In this document: piece after piece, positions 20,955 through 30,262 of the stretch | How the letters are laid out: every line of letters starts with the position of its first letter | Position numbering within the stretch: position 1 is the stretch's first letter | Source of the DNA: Aggregatilineaceae bacterium | GTDB lineage: Bacteria; Chloroflexota; Anaerolineae; Aggregatilineales; Aggregatilineaceae | Assembly: GCA_040767545.1 (NCBI GenBank) | Contig: JAXGOK010000009.1 | Span: 48,390-112,389, forward strand | DNA length: 64,000 nucleotides | Direction: 5' to 3' | Program-made: the position numbers and the translations under genes | Notes under the pieces: model-generated | Databases searched by the model: none | Told to the model about the DNA's origin: nothing | The model's input: the letters and a program-made list of their open reading frames with translations, nothing else

Positions 20955-21081
20955 GTTGCCTCAGATAGTAGTTCGGAAACGAACCAATAGTTTCATTATA
21001 GCTTACTGCGCTGGCGATGGCAATTCCCATGCGCTGGCAGCCCGTCCGAGTTTGGGGGCGAGATTCTCTGAATCGCGGAGC

Positions 21082-21146
21082 GGTTTACCTCACCCCCAGC
21101 CTCGCTGCGCTCGGCGTGCCAGCGCCGAGCGGGGGTGAGGTAAACC
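21082..21146. repeat. family-A palindromic repeat
   Basis: GGTTTACCTCACCCCCAGCCTCGCTGCGCTCGGC...GCCGAGCGGGGGTGAGGTAAACC. Confidence 0.75.
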
Positions 21147-21294
21147 ACCGGATTTCGCCAAGCTTTCCTGAGCGTACTTCTGCGGTGATGCTTTGCCCCA
21201 AAACCCAGATGCGCCCGCCGCCAGCGCGGGCGCAAACCCGGCGAATGTGCTACAGTTGTCGCGGTTTGGCAGGAGGACACGTAGGGGGTGTCGT

Positions 21295-22263
21295 ATGGCT
21301 TTCTTCGATCTGTCGCTTGATGAGCTTCGGGCGTACCAGCCGCTGCGCGAAGAGCCGCCCGACTTCGACGCTTTCTGGGCGGAGACGCTCGACGCCGCCC
21401 GCCAGCATCCGCTGGACGCGCGCTTCGAGCCGGTGGACTTCGGGCTGCGCCTGGTGGACACCTACGATGTTACTTTCGCTGGCTATGGCGGCCAGCCGGT
21501 CAAGGGCTGGCTCGTGCTGCCACGTGGGGCAGGCGGGCCGCTGCCCTGCGTCGTCGAGTACATCGGCTATGGGGGCGGGCGCGGCTTCCCGCACGAGTGG
21601 CTGACCTTCCCCGCTGCTGGCTTCGCCTACCTGGTCATGGACACGCGCGGGCAGGGCGGCTCCTGGCGGCAGGGTGATACGCCCGACCTGCCCGAAGGCG
21701 ACAACCCGCACACGCCCGGCTTCATGACCCAGGGCATCCTCGACCCGCGCACCTACTACTACCGCCGCCTGTACACCGACGCCGTGCGCGCCGTCGAGGC
21801 CGTGCAGGGCCATCCTGCCGTTGACCCGGCACGCATCGCCGCAACCGGCACCAGTCAGGGCGGGGGGCTGGCCGTCGCCGTCAGCGGCCTGGTGCCCGAC
21901 CTGGCCGTGACCATGCCCGATGTGCCGTTCCTGTGCCACTTCCGGCGGGCCATCGGCCTCACCGAAGACCACCCCTACCAGGAGATCGTGCGCTTCCTGA
22001 GCGTGCAGCGCGACAAGGTCGAGACGGTCTTCCGCACGCTGGCCTACTTCGATGGGATGAGCTTCGCCGCCCGCTCGCGGGCGCGCGCCCTCTATTCGAC
22101 GGCGCTGATGGACATGATCTGCCCACCCTCAACCGTGTTCGCTGCCTACAACTACGTCACCGCGCCCAAAGAAATGCGCGTCTACCGGTTCAACAATCAC
22201 GAGGGCGGCGGAGCGCACCACGAGCTGGAACAGATACGCTATCTCCACGCTCTGTGGGGCTAG
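21295..22263 (+). CDS. acetylxylan esterase / cephalosporin-C deacetylase (carbohydrate esterase family 7)
   Basis: [17 protein letters not shown]-terminus. CE7 motifs DTRGQG, GTSQGGG and NNHEGG. ATG at 21295. Confidence 0.9.
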   Translation: MAFFDLSLDELRAYQPLREEPPDFDAFWAETLDAARQHPLDARFEPVDFGLRLVDTYDVTFAGYGGQPVKGWLVLPRGAGGPLPCVVEYIGYGGGRGFPHEWLTFPAAGFAYLVMDTRGQGGSWRQGDTPDLPEGDNPHTPGFMTQGILDPRTYYYRRLYTDAVRAVEAVQGHPAVDPARIAATGTSQGGGLAVAVSGLVPDLAVTMPDVPFLCHFRRAIGLTEDHPYQEIVRFLSVQRDKVETVFRTLAYFDGMSFAARSRARALYSTALMDMICPPSTVFAAYNYVTAPKEMRVYRFNNHEGGGAHHELEQIRYLHALWG

Positions 22264-22430
22264 AGGCTGTTATGAGCTTCACGGAGTACTTCCCCCCACC
22301 CCTGACCCCTCCCCCACACTGCGCGGAGGGAGGGGAACATTGCCCTGGCGACATCCCTTCCCTCATTTCGGGGGAAGGGGCCGGGGGATGGGGGCCGAAG
22401 CATCGCCAGAAAGTGCGTAACACGCTCTAG
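22264..22430. repeat. MITE-like family-B element
   Basis: The termini CTAGAGGCTGTTA / TAACACGCTCTAG enclose CCCCCCACCCCTGACCCCTCCCCC...GGGGGAAGGGGCCGGGGGATGGGGG. It is related to 10351-10502. Confidence 0.65.
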
Positions 22431-22454
22431 TGCGTGGCGGAGGAACCCGCGACA

Positions 22455-22748
22455 ATGGACACGTTCCGCCACAGGCGCTTTGTCCGCGACCCGGCATTGG
22501 TCGCCGAGCGGGTCATTGACGAGACGATCCTCGTCGCGCTGGGGCCGGACGCGGCGCGCTTCGCTGGCCCCTACGTGCTGAACGAGGTGGGCGGGCACAT
22601 CTGGAGCCTGCTCGACGGCGTGCGCACGGGCGAGGAGATCGCGGCGGCGGTCGTGGCGGAGTTCGAGGTCAGCGTCGAGGAGGCTGGGCGCGATGTCGCT
22701 GCCTTTCTCGACCAGCTTGAGCGGCTGGGCGCTATCCGGGCGGTGTGA
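22455..22748 (+). CDS. PqqD-family protein (RiPP recognition element-like peptide chaperone)
   Basis: LVAERVIDETILVAL...YVLNEVGGHIWSLLDGVRTGEEIAAAVVAEFEVSVEEAGRDVAAFLDQLERLGAI follows the PqqD pattern. ATG at 22455 with a GGAGGA RBS. The ORF track starts at a GTG at 22434. Confidence 0.8.
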   Translation: MDTFRHRRFVRDPALVAERVIDETILVALGPDAARFAGPYVLNEVGGHIWSLLDGVRTGEEIAAAVVAEFEVSVEEAGRDVAAFLDQLERLGAIRAV

Positions 22749-22790
22749 AATGACTCCGTCTCCCCTTGTGCGCCCGCCGGATGACACGCC

Positions 22791-24617
22791 GTGACCGGCT
22801 CCAAGTCCCGCGACACCTTCACCGCCAAGCTGTGGCTCACGCTGCGCCTTGATCTGGCGCTGCGCTTCATCTGGCGCAGTACCCCCGGCTGGACGGTGGC
22901 TAACGCGGCCCTGGTCGTGGTGCAGGGCGTGCTGCCGCTGGCTAACCTGTACCTGCTCAAGCTGCTGATTGACAGCGTGACGGCCAGCGTGGGGGCGGCT
23001 GACCAGGGCGCGGCGCTCAACCGCGTCCTGCTCTATGTGGTGCTGATGGCGGCCTTCACCCTGCTGAACACGGTGATCGGGCTGGTGGCGGGCATCATCT
23101 CCCAGACGCAGGCCATGATCGTCACCGACTACATGCAGGACATCGTGCACGCCAAGTCGGTGGCCATTGACCTCGAATTCTACGAAAGCCCGGAGTTCTA
23201 CGACACGCTGCGCCGTGCCCAGGGCGAGGCGTCCATGCGCCCGATGCGCATCTTGCAGGGCTTGCTGCAACTGGGCCGCGACGCCGTGTCGCTGCTGGCG
23301 ATCTCCGGCCTGCTGCTGTCGTTCAACTGGGTCTTCGTCGTCGTGCTGCTGGCGGCAGTAGCGCCGGGCTTCGTGGTGCGCATCTGGTATTCCGGCACGC
23401 TGTACCGCTGGCAGCGCGCGCGCACGGCTACCGAGCGCAAGACGTGGTACTACACCTGGATGCTCACCGGCGAGCAGCACGCCAAAGAGATTCGCCTCTT
23501 CGGGCTGGGCGATCTGTTCATGGATCGCTTCCGCGATCTGCGCCAGCGACTCCGTTTCGAGCGCCTGCGGCTGGCCCGGCGGCAGGCCCTCTTCAGCTTC
23601 GGCGCGCAACTGGCCTCCACCGTCGCCATCTACGGCGCTTACGCGGTGATCGCGCACCGCGCGCTGTCCGGCGCGATCAGCCTGGGCGACCTGGTGATGG
23701 CTTTCCAGGCGTTCCAGCGCGGGCAGGGTTACCTGCAAAGCGCCCTGCAAAGCCTGGCCGGGCTGTATGAGGATAATCTCTTCATCGCCGACCTGGACGA
23801 GTTCCTGCGCCTGGAGCCGCGCGTCGTCAGCCCGGCGCATCCCAAGCCGTTCCCGCGCCCGCTGAAGTGTGGCGTCGCCTTCGAGGGCGTCTCCTTCACC
23901 TATCCCGGCGGCACGCGCCAGGCATTGTGCGACATCGCCCTGACCATCCGGCCCGGCGAAAAGATCGCCCTGGTCGGCGAGAACGGGTCGGGCAAGACGA
24001 CGCTGATCAAGCTGCTCTGCCGGCTCTACGACCCGACAGAGGGGCGTATCACTCTGGACGGGGTGGACTTGCGCGACCTGGCCGTGACCGACCTGCGCCG
24101 CGCGATCAGCGTGATCATGCAGGACTACGTGCAGTACAACCTGACGGTGGAGGATAACATCTGGTTCGGCGACGTGAGCGCGCCGCCAGAACGAGTGCAC
24201 ATCGCGCGCGTGGCCCACGAGTCCGGGGCGCACGAGGTAGTCGCCCGCCTGCCGCGCGAGTACGATACCGTGCTGGGCAAGATGTTCCAGGACGGCGAGC
24301 AGCTCAGCATCGGCGAATGGCAGAAGATCGCCCTGGCCCGCGCCTTCCTGCGCGATGCGGAGATCATCATCCTCGACGAGCCGACCAGCTCGCTCGATGC
24401 CCGCGCCGAATACGAGGTTTTTCGCAAGCTGCACGCGCTGACCCAGGGCCAGACGGCGATCACGATCAGCCATCGCTTCTCGACGGTGCGCACCGCCGAC
24501 CGCATCGTCGTGCTCGACAATGGGCGCATCGTCGAGCACGGCCCGCACGAGGCGCTGCTGCGCCAGGGCGGGCAGTACGCGCACCTGTTCACGCTGCAAG
24601 CCAGCCAGTACACATGA
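22791..24617 (+). CDS. ABC exporter, fused permease/ATPase (type I exporter, MsbA/McjD-like)
   Basis: Six-TM N-terminal half. Walker A GENGSGKTTL, signature LSIGEWQKIALARA, Walker B IIILDEPTSSLD. Confidence 0.9.
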   Translation: MTGSKSRDTFTAKLWLTLRLDLALRFIWRSTPGWTVANAALVVVQGVLPLANLYLLKLLIDSVTASVGAADQGAALNRVLLYVVLMAAFTLLNTVIGLVAGIISQTQAMIVTDYMQDIVHAKSVAIDLEFYESPEFYDTLRRAQGEASMRPMRILQGLLQLGRDAVSLLAISGLLLSFNWVFVVVLLAAVAPGFVVRIWYSGTLYRWQRARTATERKTWYYTWMLTGEQHAKEIRLFGLGDLFMDRFRDLRQRLRFERLRLARRQALFSFGAQLASTVAIYGAYAVIAHRALSGAISLGDLVMAFQAFQRGQGYLQSALQSLAGLYEDNLFIADLDEFLRLEPRVVSPAHPKPFPRPLKCGVAFEGVSFTYPGGTRQALCDIALTIRPGEKIALVGENGSGKTTLIKLLCRLYDPTEGRITLDGVDLRDLAVTDLRRAISVIMQDYVQYNLTVEDNIWFGDVSAPPERVHIARVAHESGAHEVVARLPREYDTVLGKMFQDGEQLSIGEWQKIALARAFLRDAEIIILDEPTSSLDARAEYEVFRKLHALTQGQTAITISHRFSTVRTADRIVVLDNGRIVEHGPHEALLRQGGQYAHLFTLQASQYT

Positions 24618-25528
24618 CCGCTTCTCCGTCCACTCCACCACGCGCCGCTGACCGTGCGCGGGCACTGCTGCGCCTGACGCGCTGGGCAGAGCACGTCCCC
24701 TTCACCCTGGCGGCGACGCTGCTCGGCGCGAACATGGCCGCCCACCACGCAGGCGCGGCGCTCGATGGGCGCGTCCTGACGGTTCTCGCCGCCAACGCCC
24801 TGGCCGTGACCTTCGCCTTCATGGTCAACGATCTCGCCGACGCGCCGGACGACGCGCGCGACCCGGCGCGCGCCGCGCGCAACGCTGTCGCCAGTGGAGC
24901 GCTCACCGCGCGGACGGGCTGGGCGGCTTCCGGCGCAGTCGCAGGGGCGGCGCTGGCCCTCTACGCGGCGCTGCCCGCGCCCGCCGCCCTGACCGGCGGC
25001 GTGACCCTGCTGCTCGGCCTGCTCTATTCGTGGCGACCGGTGCGCCTGAAGGCGCGGCCCATCGCCGACGTGATCGCCCACCTGCTGATGCTCAGCGCGC
25101 TGCTCGTCCTGGCTGGCTACCTGGCCTTCGACGCTGCGCCGGGGCGTGTCTGGTGGGTGGTCGCTGCCGCCGGGCTGATCTCCGCCTATGGGCAGCTTTA
25201 CAACCAGGTGCGCGACGACGCCCAGGATCGCGCCGCCGGGCTGCGCAACACGACCGCCCTCCTGGGGACGGCGCGGGCGCGGATCGCCATGCGCGCCTGC
25301 CTGGGCGCGGCGGGGATGCTGCTGGCGCTGACGGCCCTCCTGGGACTGTGGCCCCTATGGTTGGGGGCGGTGCTGGCTGCGCTGGCTGTGCCGGTGTTTC
25401 TCTGGCGGCGGGGGACGGATATGCGCGGGACAGCGGCCATTGACGCGACGGGGCGCTTGCAGCTTGGCGCGATGCTGGCCGCCTGTGCTGCCATGCTCAT
25501 CTGGCTGGCGGCGAACGTGTGGGGCTGA
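24614..25528 (+). CDS. UbiA-family integral-membrane prenyltransferase
   Basis: ATGA overlap with the ABC gene. Both Asp-rich motifs are present (NDLADAPDD and YNQVRDDAQD). About 8 predicted TM segments. Confidence 0.85.
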   Translation: MTASPSTPPRAADRARALLRLTRWAEHVPFTLAATLLGANMAAHHAGAALDGRVLTVLAANALAVTFAFMVNDLADAPDDARDPARAARNAVASGALTARTGWAASGAVAGAALALYAALPAPAALTGGVTLLLGLLYSWRPVRLKARPIADVIAHLLMLSALLVLAGYLAFDAAPGRVWWVVAAAGLISAYGQLYNQVRDDAQDRAAGLRNTTALLGTARARIAMRACLGAAGMLLALTALLGLWPLWLGAVLAALAVPVFLWRRGTDMRGTAAIDATGRLQLGAMLAACAAMLIWLAANVWG

Positions 25529-25996
25529 TGCCCTGGCTAGCACCCCAGCTCCTGCGCTGGCTTGCCCCTCTTCACAACGTGGAGAGGGGCCATTGACGCG
25601 ACCGGGCGCTTGCAGCTTGGCGCGATGCTGGCCGCCTGCGCTGGGCCGTCCGCTCGTCTGGCTGGCGGCGAACGTGTTGGAGGCTGATGCCCTGGCCAGC
25701 CTTTCACTTTCAGCCTCGCTGCGCTTCGGAAAGCTTGCCCTCTTCGCACAACGTGAGAGGGGCCATTGACGCGACCGGGCGCTTGCAGCTTGGCGCGATG
25801 CTGGCCGCGCTCATCTGGCTGGCGGCGACGTGTGGGCTGATGCCCTGGCCGTCTTGGGCTGGCGGCTGCCCACAACGTGGGGTTCGATGCCCCTGGCTGG
25901 GGCCGTGCACCCCCAGCCTCGCTGCGCTGGCTTGCCCTCTCCACAACGTGGAGAGGGGCGGCGAGGCCCGCGTCAGTGGGCCGAGCGGGGGTGAGG
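25436..25996. repeat. three tandem copies of the UbiA gene 3' end interleaved with family-A repeat half-elements
   Basis: GCCATTGACGCGAC(G/C)GGGCGCTTGCAGCTTGGCGCGATGCTGGCCGC starts at 25436, 25589 and 25762 (periods 153 and 173 bp). Each copy is followed by GCTGATGCCCTGGC... and a CACAACGTGGAGAGGGG half-element. The complete right arm GCCGAGCGGGGGTGAGG appears only at 25981-25996. Confidence 0.85.
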
Positions 25997-26174
25997 CTGT
26001 CCGGCGGCGTCACATGAGCCGCTGGCACCCGGTCGCACCTTCCCCAGGCGAGCGCCTTTGGTTCGGCGCGGGCGACAAGCTATAATGGACAACAACAGCC
26101 TCATGCGGCTCAACGGCAGACACGCAGCGCTGACCTGATTCCCCCAATTCGCGCAGAAAGGACACGGCCACACT

Positions 26175-27254
26175 GTGGAGAAGAGTCAGACCATCGTCGT
26201 CATGCAGGGTGACCAGACCGGCCAGGAATTACTCGACGAGGCGCTGCGCGTGCTGACGCCGAGCATCCTGCCGCCCGATGTGCACTTCGTCACCTTCGAC
26301 CTGTCGCTGGAGAATCGGCGCGCGACCAGGAACAAGGTCGTTTACGACGCGGCGGAGGCGGTGCTCAAGCACGGGCTGGGCCTCAAGGCGGCCACGATCA
26401 CCCCCGGCGACCCTGACGACGTGGGCAGTCCCAACGCCATCCTGCGCGAGGCCATTGACGCCCAAGTGATTCTGCGCGTGGGGCGGCGGCTGCCGCCGGT
26501 GCGCCCCATCGCTGGCGTGCACGCGCCGATTGCGGTGGTGCGCATGGCCGTCGGCGACGCCTACGGGGCGAAGGAGTGGCGCGAGGGCGAGGGGCTGGAC
26601 GAGGTCGCCTTCCGCACCGAGCGCATCACCCGCCGCACCTGCCGGGCCGTCGCCGAGTATGCCTTCCACTACGCCGAGCGCACCGGCGCGAAGGTCTTCG
26701 GCGGGCCGAAGTACACGGTCAGCCCGGTCTACGAGGGCATGTTCAAGGAGGAGCTAGACGCGGCGGCTGCGCGGCACCCCACCGTGCGCTACGACCCGCA
26801 GCTTATTGACGCGACCTACGCCCTGCTGCTGGAATCCACCGGCGAGGCGCTGGTCATCCCCACCCTCAACCGCGACGGCGACAGCATGTCCGACCTGGTG
26901 CTGAAGATGTTCGGCACCATCGCCGGGTCGGAATCGCTGATCATCAGCTTCGACGCCGACATGCAGCCGAGCGCGGTCATCGCCGAAGCGCCGCACGGCA
27001 CTGCGCCCTCGCTGCAGGGCAAGGACCTGGCGAACCCGATAGCGATGATCATGGCTGTGGCGACCGTGCTCAGCTACATCCCCGGCGACCGCGCTGCGCG
27101 CGTCTGCCGGGCCATTCGCGAGGGGACGCTGGAGACGGTCTACGAGGGCGTGCGCACCGCCGACCTGGGAGGCAACGCGACGACCAGCGAGTTCACCGAC
27201 GAAGTGATTCGACGCGTGCAGGCCAAGCTCGCCGTGTGGGATGCGCTGGGCTAG
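26175..27254 (+). CDS. isocitrate/isopropylmalate dehydrogenase family protein
   Basis: 359 aa. The N-terminal IVVMQGDQTGQELL resembles the NADP-IDH MxGDEMTR motif. The C-terminal EAPHGTAPSLQGKDLANPIAMI is the family signature. GTG start. Confidence 0.8.
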   Translation: MEKSQTIVVMQGDQTGQELLDEALRVLTPSILPPDVHFVTFDLSLENRRATRNKVVYDAAEAVLKHGLGLKAATITPGDPDDVGSPNAILREAIDAQVILRVGRRLPPVRPIAGVHAPIAVVRMAVGDAYGAKEWREGEGLDEVAFRTERITRRTCRAVAEYAFHYAERTGAKVFGGPKYTVSPVYEGMFKEELDAAAARHPTVRYDPQLIDATYALLLESTGEALVIPTLNRDGDSMSDLVLKMFGTIAGSESLIISFDADMQPSAVIAEAPHGTAPSLQGKDLANPIAMIMAVATVLSYIPGDRAARVCRAIREGTLETVYEGVRTADLGGNATTSEFTDEVIRRVQAKLAVWDALG

Positions 27255-27308
27255 GCATGTGATTATCATGGATGGACAACAGCATGGGCAGGACGTGGAC
27301 GGCGTCTG

Positions 27309-27407
27309 GTTGACCTCACCCCCAGCCTCGCTTCGCTCGGCTCGCCCCCTCCCATGCATGGAGAGGGGGCAGTGAGGCGCGTTAGCGCCGAGCGGGGGTG
27401 AGGTAAG
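27309..27407. repeat. complete family-A nested palindrome
   Basis: GACCTCACCCCCAGCCTCGCTTCGCTCGGCTCGCCCCCTCCCATGCATGGAGAGGGGGC...GCGCCGAGCGGGGGTGAGGTAAG. Confidence 0.7.
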
Positions 27408-27469
27408 GTGAGGAGCTGCACCAGGACGCTCTCACCTTCCAACCCATGACTCCTCACTCCTGACCTGAG

Positions 27470-30115
27470 ATGCAACCTGTGAAGCTGATCCTGACCCACG
27501 ACAACGCCGACTTCGACGCTATGGCGTCGCTGCTGGCCGCGCACCTCCTGGACTCCGAGGCGCTGCCCGTGCTGCCCGCGCGCGTCAACCGCAATGTCGA
27601 GCAGTTCCTGAACCTCTACGGCAGCGAGCTTCCCTTTGTCCGGCGGAGCGACCTCCGGCGCGGCGCTCCGGTTGAGAGCGTCACCGTCGTGGACACGCAG
27701 AGCTTTTCCACCGCGCGCGGGATGCGCCCGGACACGCCGGTGCACTTCATTGACCACCATCCTCTGGCCCGCGACCTGGACGCCAACCAGACCTATAGCG
27801 GTGAGCCGGTTGGGGCAGCGGCGACGCTGCTCGTCGAGCAGATTCACGCCCAGCAGATCAGCATCGCCCCGCTGGAAGCGACGCTGTTGCTGCTCGGCAT
27901 CTACGAGGATACCGGCTCGCTGCTCTATGGCACGACGACCGCCCGCGACGCGCGTTGCGCCGCCTGGCTGCTCGACTGCGGGGCCGACCTGGACGTGGTG
28001 CGCGAGTTCCTGGCCCACCGCCTGACGCCGGAGCAGCGCGAACTGTACGAGCGCCTGCTGGAGCGTACCGAAACGCACCTCGTCAAGGGGCACGCCATCC
28101 TGCTGGCGACCGCCGTCACGCGCACGCCGGTTGACGAGATCGCTACGCTGGCCCACAAGCTGCGCGAGCTTTATGAGCCGGCGGCGGTGTTCGTGCTGGT
28201 GCAGCTCAACGGCGATATCCAGCTTGTCGCGCGCGGCACGACTGATGTTCTAGACGTGTCCGCCATCGCCCGGCGCTTTGGTGGCGGCGGGCACGGGCGC
28301 GCGGCGGCGGCGCTCATCCGCGCGCGCAAGCTCGAGGATGTGCGCGGGGAGATTCTGCGCGTGCTGCCGGAGATCATCGTCGCCTCGGTGCTGGTCGAGT
28401 CGCTGATGTCCGTCGGGGCACAGACGGTGCGCGCCGACGAGCGCATCACCTCGGTCGTAGACCGGATGCAGCGCACCGGGCACGAAGGCTTCCCGGTGGT
28501 GGACAAGGGGCGCATCGTCGGGCTGCTGACGCGCAACGCCGTTGACCGGGCGATGAGTCATGGCATGGGCAGCCGCCGCGTGCGCGAAATCATGGAGGCG
28601 GGCGAGATCACCGTGCAGCCCACCGACTCCATCGAGGTCGTGCAGCAGCGCATGATGCGCTCTGGCTGGGGGCAGATTCCCGTCGTGGACGAGCGCGGCG
28701 CGCTGCTGGGCATCGTCACGCGCACCGACCTGATCAAGCGTTGGGGCCAGCACCCCGATGACAGCCGCCGCGAAGACATCCTGCGCCGGACGCAGGTGGC
28801 GCTTGCGCCGGGCATGTGGCGGCTGGTGGAGGCGGTGGCCGGCCAGGCGCAGCAGCAGCGCGTGGGGCTGTACATCGTCGGCGGCTTTGTGCGCGATCTG
28901 CTACTCGGCCAGCCGACGCACGACCTCGATCTCGTGGTCGAAGGGGACGCGATTGCGCTTGTCCAGAGCATCCGCGCCACCTACGGCGGGGATATGCGCA
29001 GCCATGCTCAGTTCGGCACGGCCAAGTGGCTGCCCGATGAGACTGTCCTCCAGGCGCTTGGCGGCTCGCGCGACGACAACGGCTGGCCGGACTTCATAGA
29101 CTTCGTCTCAGCGCGGCGCGAGTTCTACGAGCAGCCGACCGCACTGCCCACCGTCCAGCGTGGCTCGATCAAGCCCGACCTCTATCGCCGCGACTTCACC
29201 ATCAACACGCTGGCTATCCGCCTGTCGCCGGAGCCGGTGGGCGAATTGCTCGACTTCTACGGGGGCGAGCAAGACCTCAAAGACGGCGTCATTCGCGTGC
29301 TGCACAGCCTCAGCTTCGTGGACGATCCGACGCGGATGCTGCGCGCCGTGCGCCTGGAGCAGCGGCTCGGCTTCCGCATCGAGCCGCGTACCGAGGAGCT
29401 GATCCGCAACGCGCTCGGCTTGCTCGACCGGGTGAGCGGTGACCGCATCCGCCACGAGCTGGCCCTGATCCTGGCCGAGCTTCAACCGCTGCGCGCGCTG
29501 GCCCGCCTGGAGAAGCTGGGCATTCTGGCCGCTCTGCACCCGGACTTGCGCCTGGATGACTGGGCACGCTCGGCCTTCTGCGCGGTGCGCTACGCCCGCG
29601 AGCACTATCCCTGGCCGTCGCTGGCCCAGTTCGACGACTGGATGCTGACCACCTTCTCGCTGTTCACCAGCCGGTTGTCCCAGGACGAGCTAGAAGCGTT
29701 GGGGCGGCGGCTCCAGTTCTCGCGCGCGTACCTCAATCACCTGCACGACGCGCGCGCCGCCATCGCCCTGCTGCCGGAATTGAGCCGCGAGCAGCCGCCC
29801 AGCGAGATCGTTCGCCTGCTGGAGCCGCTCGACGAGGTCGGCTGGCTGGCAGCGTGGGCTGCTGCGACCGATGCGACCGCTCGCGATCAGATCGTCCGCT
29901 TCGCCGGGACGTGGCGCTATGTCAAGCCGGTGCTTAGCGGGCGCGACCTCCAGGCGCTGACCGGAATCAAGCCGGGGCCGGTCTATGGCGACCTGCTGGG
30001 ACGGGTACGCGTGGCCTGGCTCAATGGCGAGGTCGCCACAGCGGAGGAAGAGAAGGCCCTGCTGCTGCGCCTGGTCGAGGCGCTGCACGCTGCGGATGGT
30101 GGGGACGCCGTCTGA
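27470..30115 (+). CDS. multidomain DHH/DHHA1 - CBS pair - poly(A) polymerase/tRNA nucleotidyltransferase family protein
   Basis: DHH motifs (HDNADFDAMAS, IDHH, GGGGH). Two CBS modules. Nucleotidyltransferase head motifs GGFVRDLLLG..HDLDLVV and RRDFTINTLA. Confidence 0.85.
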   Translation: MQPVKLILTHDNADFDAMASLLAAHLLDSEALPVLPARVNRNVEQFLNLYGSELPFVRRSDLRRGAPVESVTVVDTQSFSTARGMRPDTPVHFIDHHPLARDLDANQTYSGEPVGAAATLLVEQIHAQQISIAPLEATLLLLGIYEDTGSLLYGTTTARDARCAAWLLDCGADLDVVREFLAHRLTPEQRELYERLLERTETHLVKGHAILLATAVTRTPVDEIATLAHKLRELYEPAAVFVLVQLNGDIQLVARGTTDVLDVSAIARRFGGGGHGRAAAALIRARKLEDVRGEILRVLPEIIVASVLVESLMSVGAQTVRADERITSVVDRMQRTGHEGFPVVDKGRIVGLLTRNAVDRAMSHGMGSRRVREIMEAGEITVQPTDSIEVVQQRMMRSGWGQIPVVDERGALLGIVTRTDLIKRWGQHPDDSRREDILRRTQVALAPGMWRLVEAVAGQAQQQRVGLYIVGGFVRDLLLGQPTHDLDLVVEGDAIALVQSIRATYGGDMRSHAQFGTAKWLPDETVLQALGGSRDDNGWPDFIDFVSARREFYEQPTALPTVQRGSIKPDLYRRDFTINTLAIRLSPEPVGELLDFYGGEQDLKDGVIRVLHSLSFVDDPTRMLRAVRLEQRLGFRIEPRTEELIRNALGLLDRVSGDRIRHELALILAELQPLRALARLEKLGILAALHPDLRLDDWARSAFCAVRYAREHYPWPSLAQFDDWMLTTFSLFTSRLSQDELEALGRRLQFSRAYLNHLHDARAAIALLPELSREQPPSEIVRLLEPLDEVGWLAAWAAATDATARDQIVRFAGTWRYVKPVLSGRDLQALTGIKPGPVYGDLLGRVRVAWLNGEVATAEEEKALLLRLVEALHAADGGDAV

Positions 30116-30174
30116 GAGAATTGGCGCGAAAGATTAGAAACTGCTTAGAAAGTAGTAAAAAACATTCGTTCGGC

Positions 30175-30202
30175 TTGTAAAGATTTCTTTATCCTGTATG
30201 AT
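30175..30202 (+). promoter_or_regulatory. candidate sigma-70-type promoter
   Basis: TTGTAA, 16 nt, TATGAT, in the AT-rich gap about 60 nt upstream of the 30263 start. Sequence pattern only. Confidence 0.3.
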
Positions 30203-30262
30203 CGCCCATTCACCCGTTTTACCGAATAGCATCTCAGGCGAGCAAAGGAAGGCGAAGCAGGT

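Noticed and set aside
22272-22430. A 52-aa ORF directly upstream of the PqqD-like gene, considered as a RiPP precursor peptide.
   Set aside because: The whole ORF lies inside a family-B palindromic repeat that recurs in unrelated intergenic regions, and it has no convincing RBS. It is kept only as something to test under the PqqD-ABC-UbiA finding.
22260-24665. An 801-aa ORF on the minus strand.
   Set aside because: It lies antisense to the well-supported ABC exporter and PqqD genes. Its translation is an Arg/Ala/Gly/His-rich low-complexity sequence, typical of spurious antisense frames in high-GC DNA.
25876-25900. GGGGTTCGATGCCCC, which resembles a tRNA T-arm.
   Set aside because: It has only a 4-bp stem, with no acceptor, D or anticodon arms around it, and it is a degenerate copy of the CACAACGTGGAGAGGGG repeat hairpin. 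I saw no other tRNA-like T-loop motifs (GGTTCGAATCC type) in the window.
25436-25996. Regularly spaced direct repeats, considered as a CRISPR array.
   Set aside because: There are only three units of 153-173 bp. The 'repeats' are a gene tail and the 'spacers' are copies of a dispersed palindromic element. No cas genes are present.
25440-26085. ORFs 25440..25769 and 25687..26085 with internally repeated peptide segments, considered as a possible multi-core precursor.
   Set aside because: The repetition is explained by tandem duplication of the UbiA 3' end plus repeat half-elements. The copies have drifted by indels, so no single frame is conserved across them.
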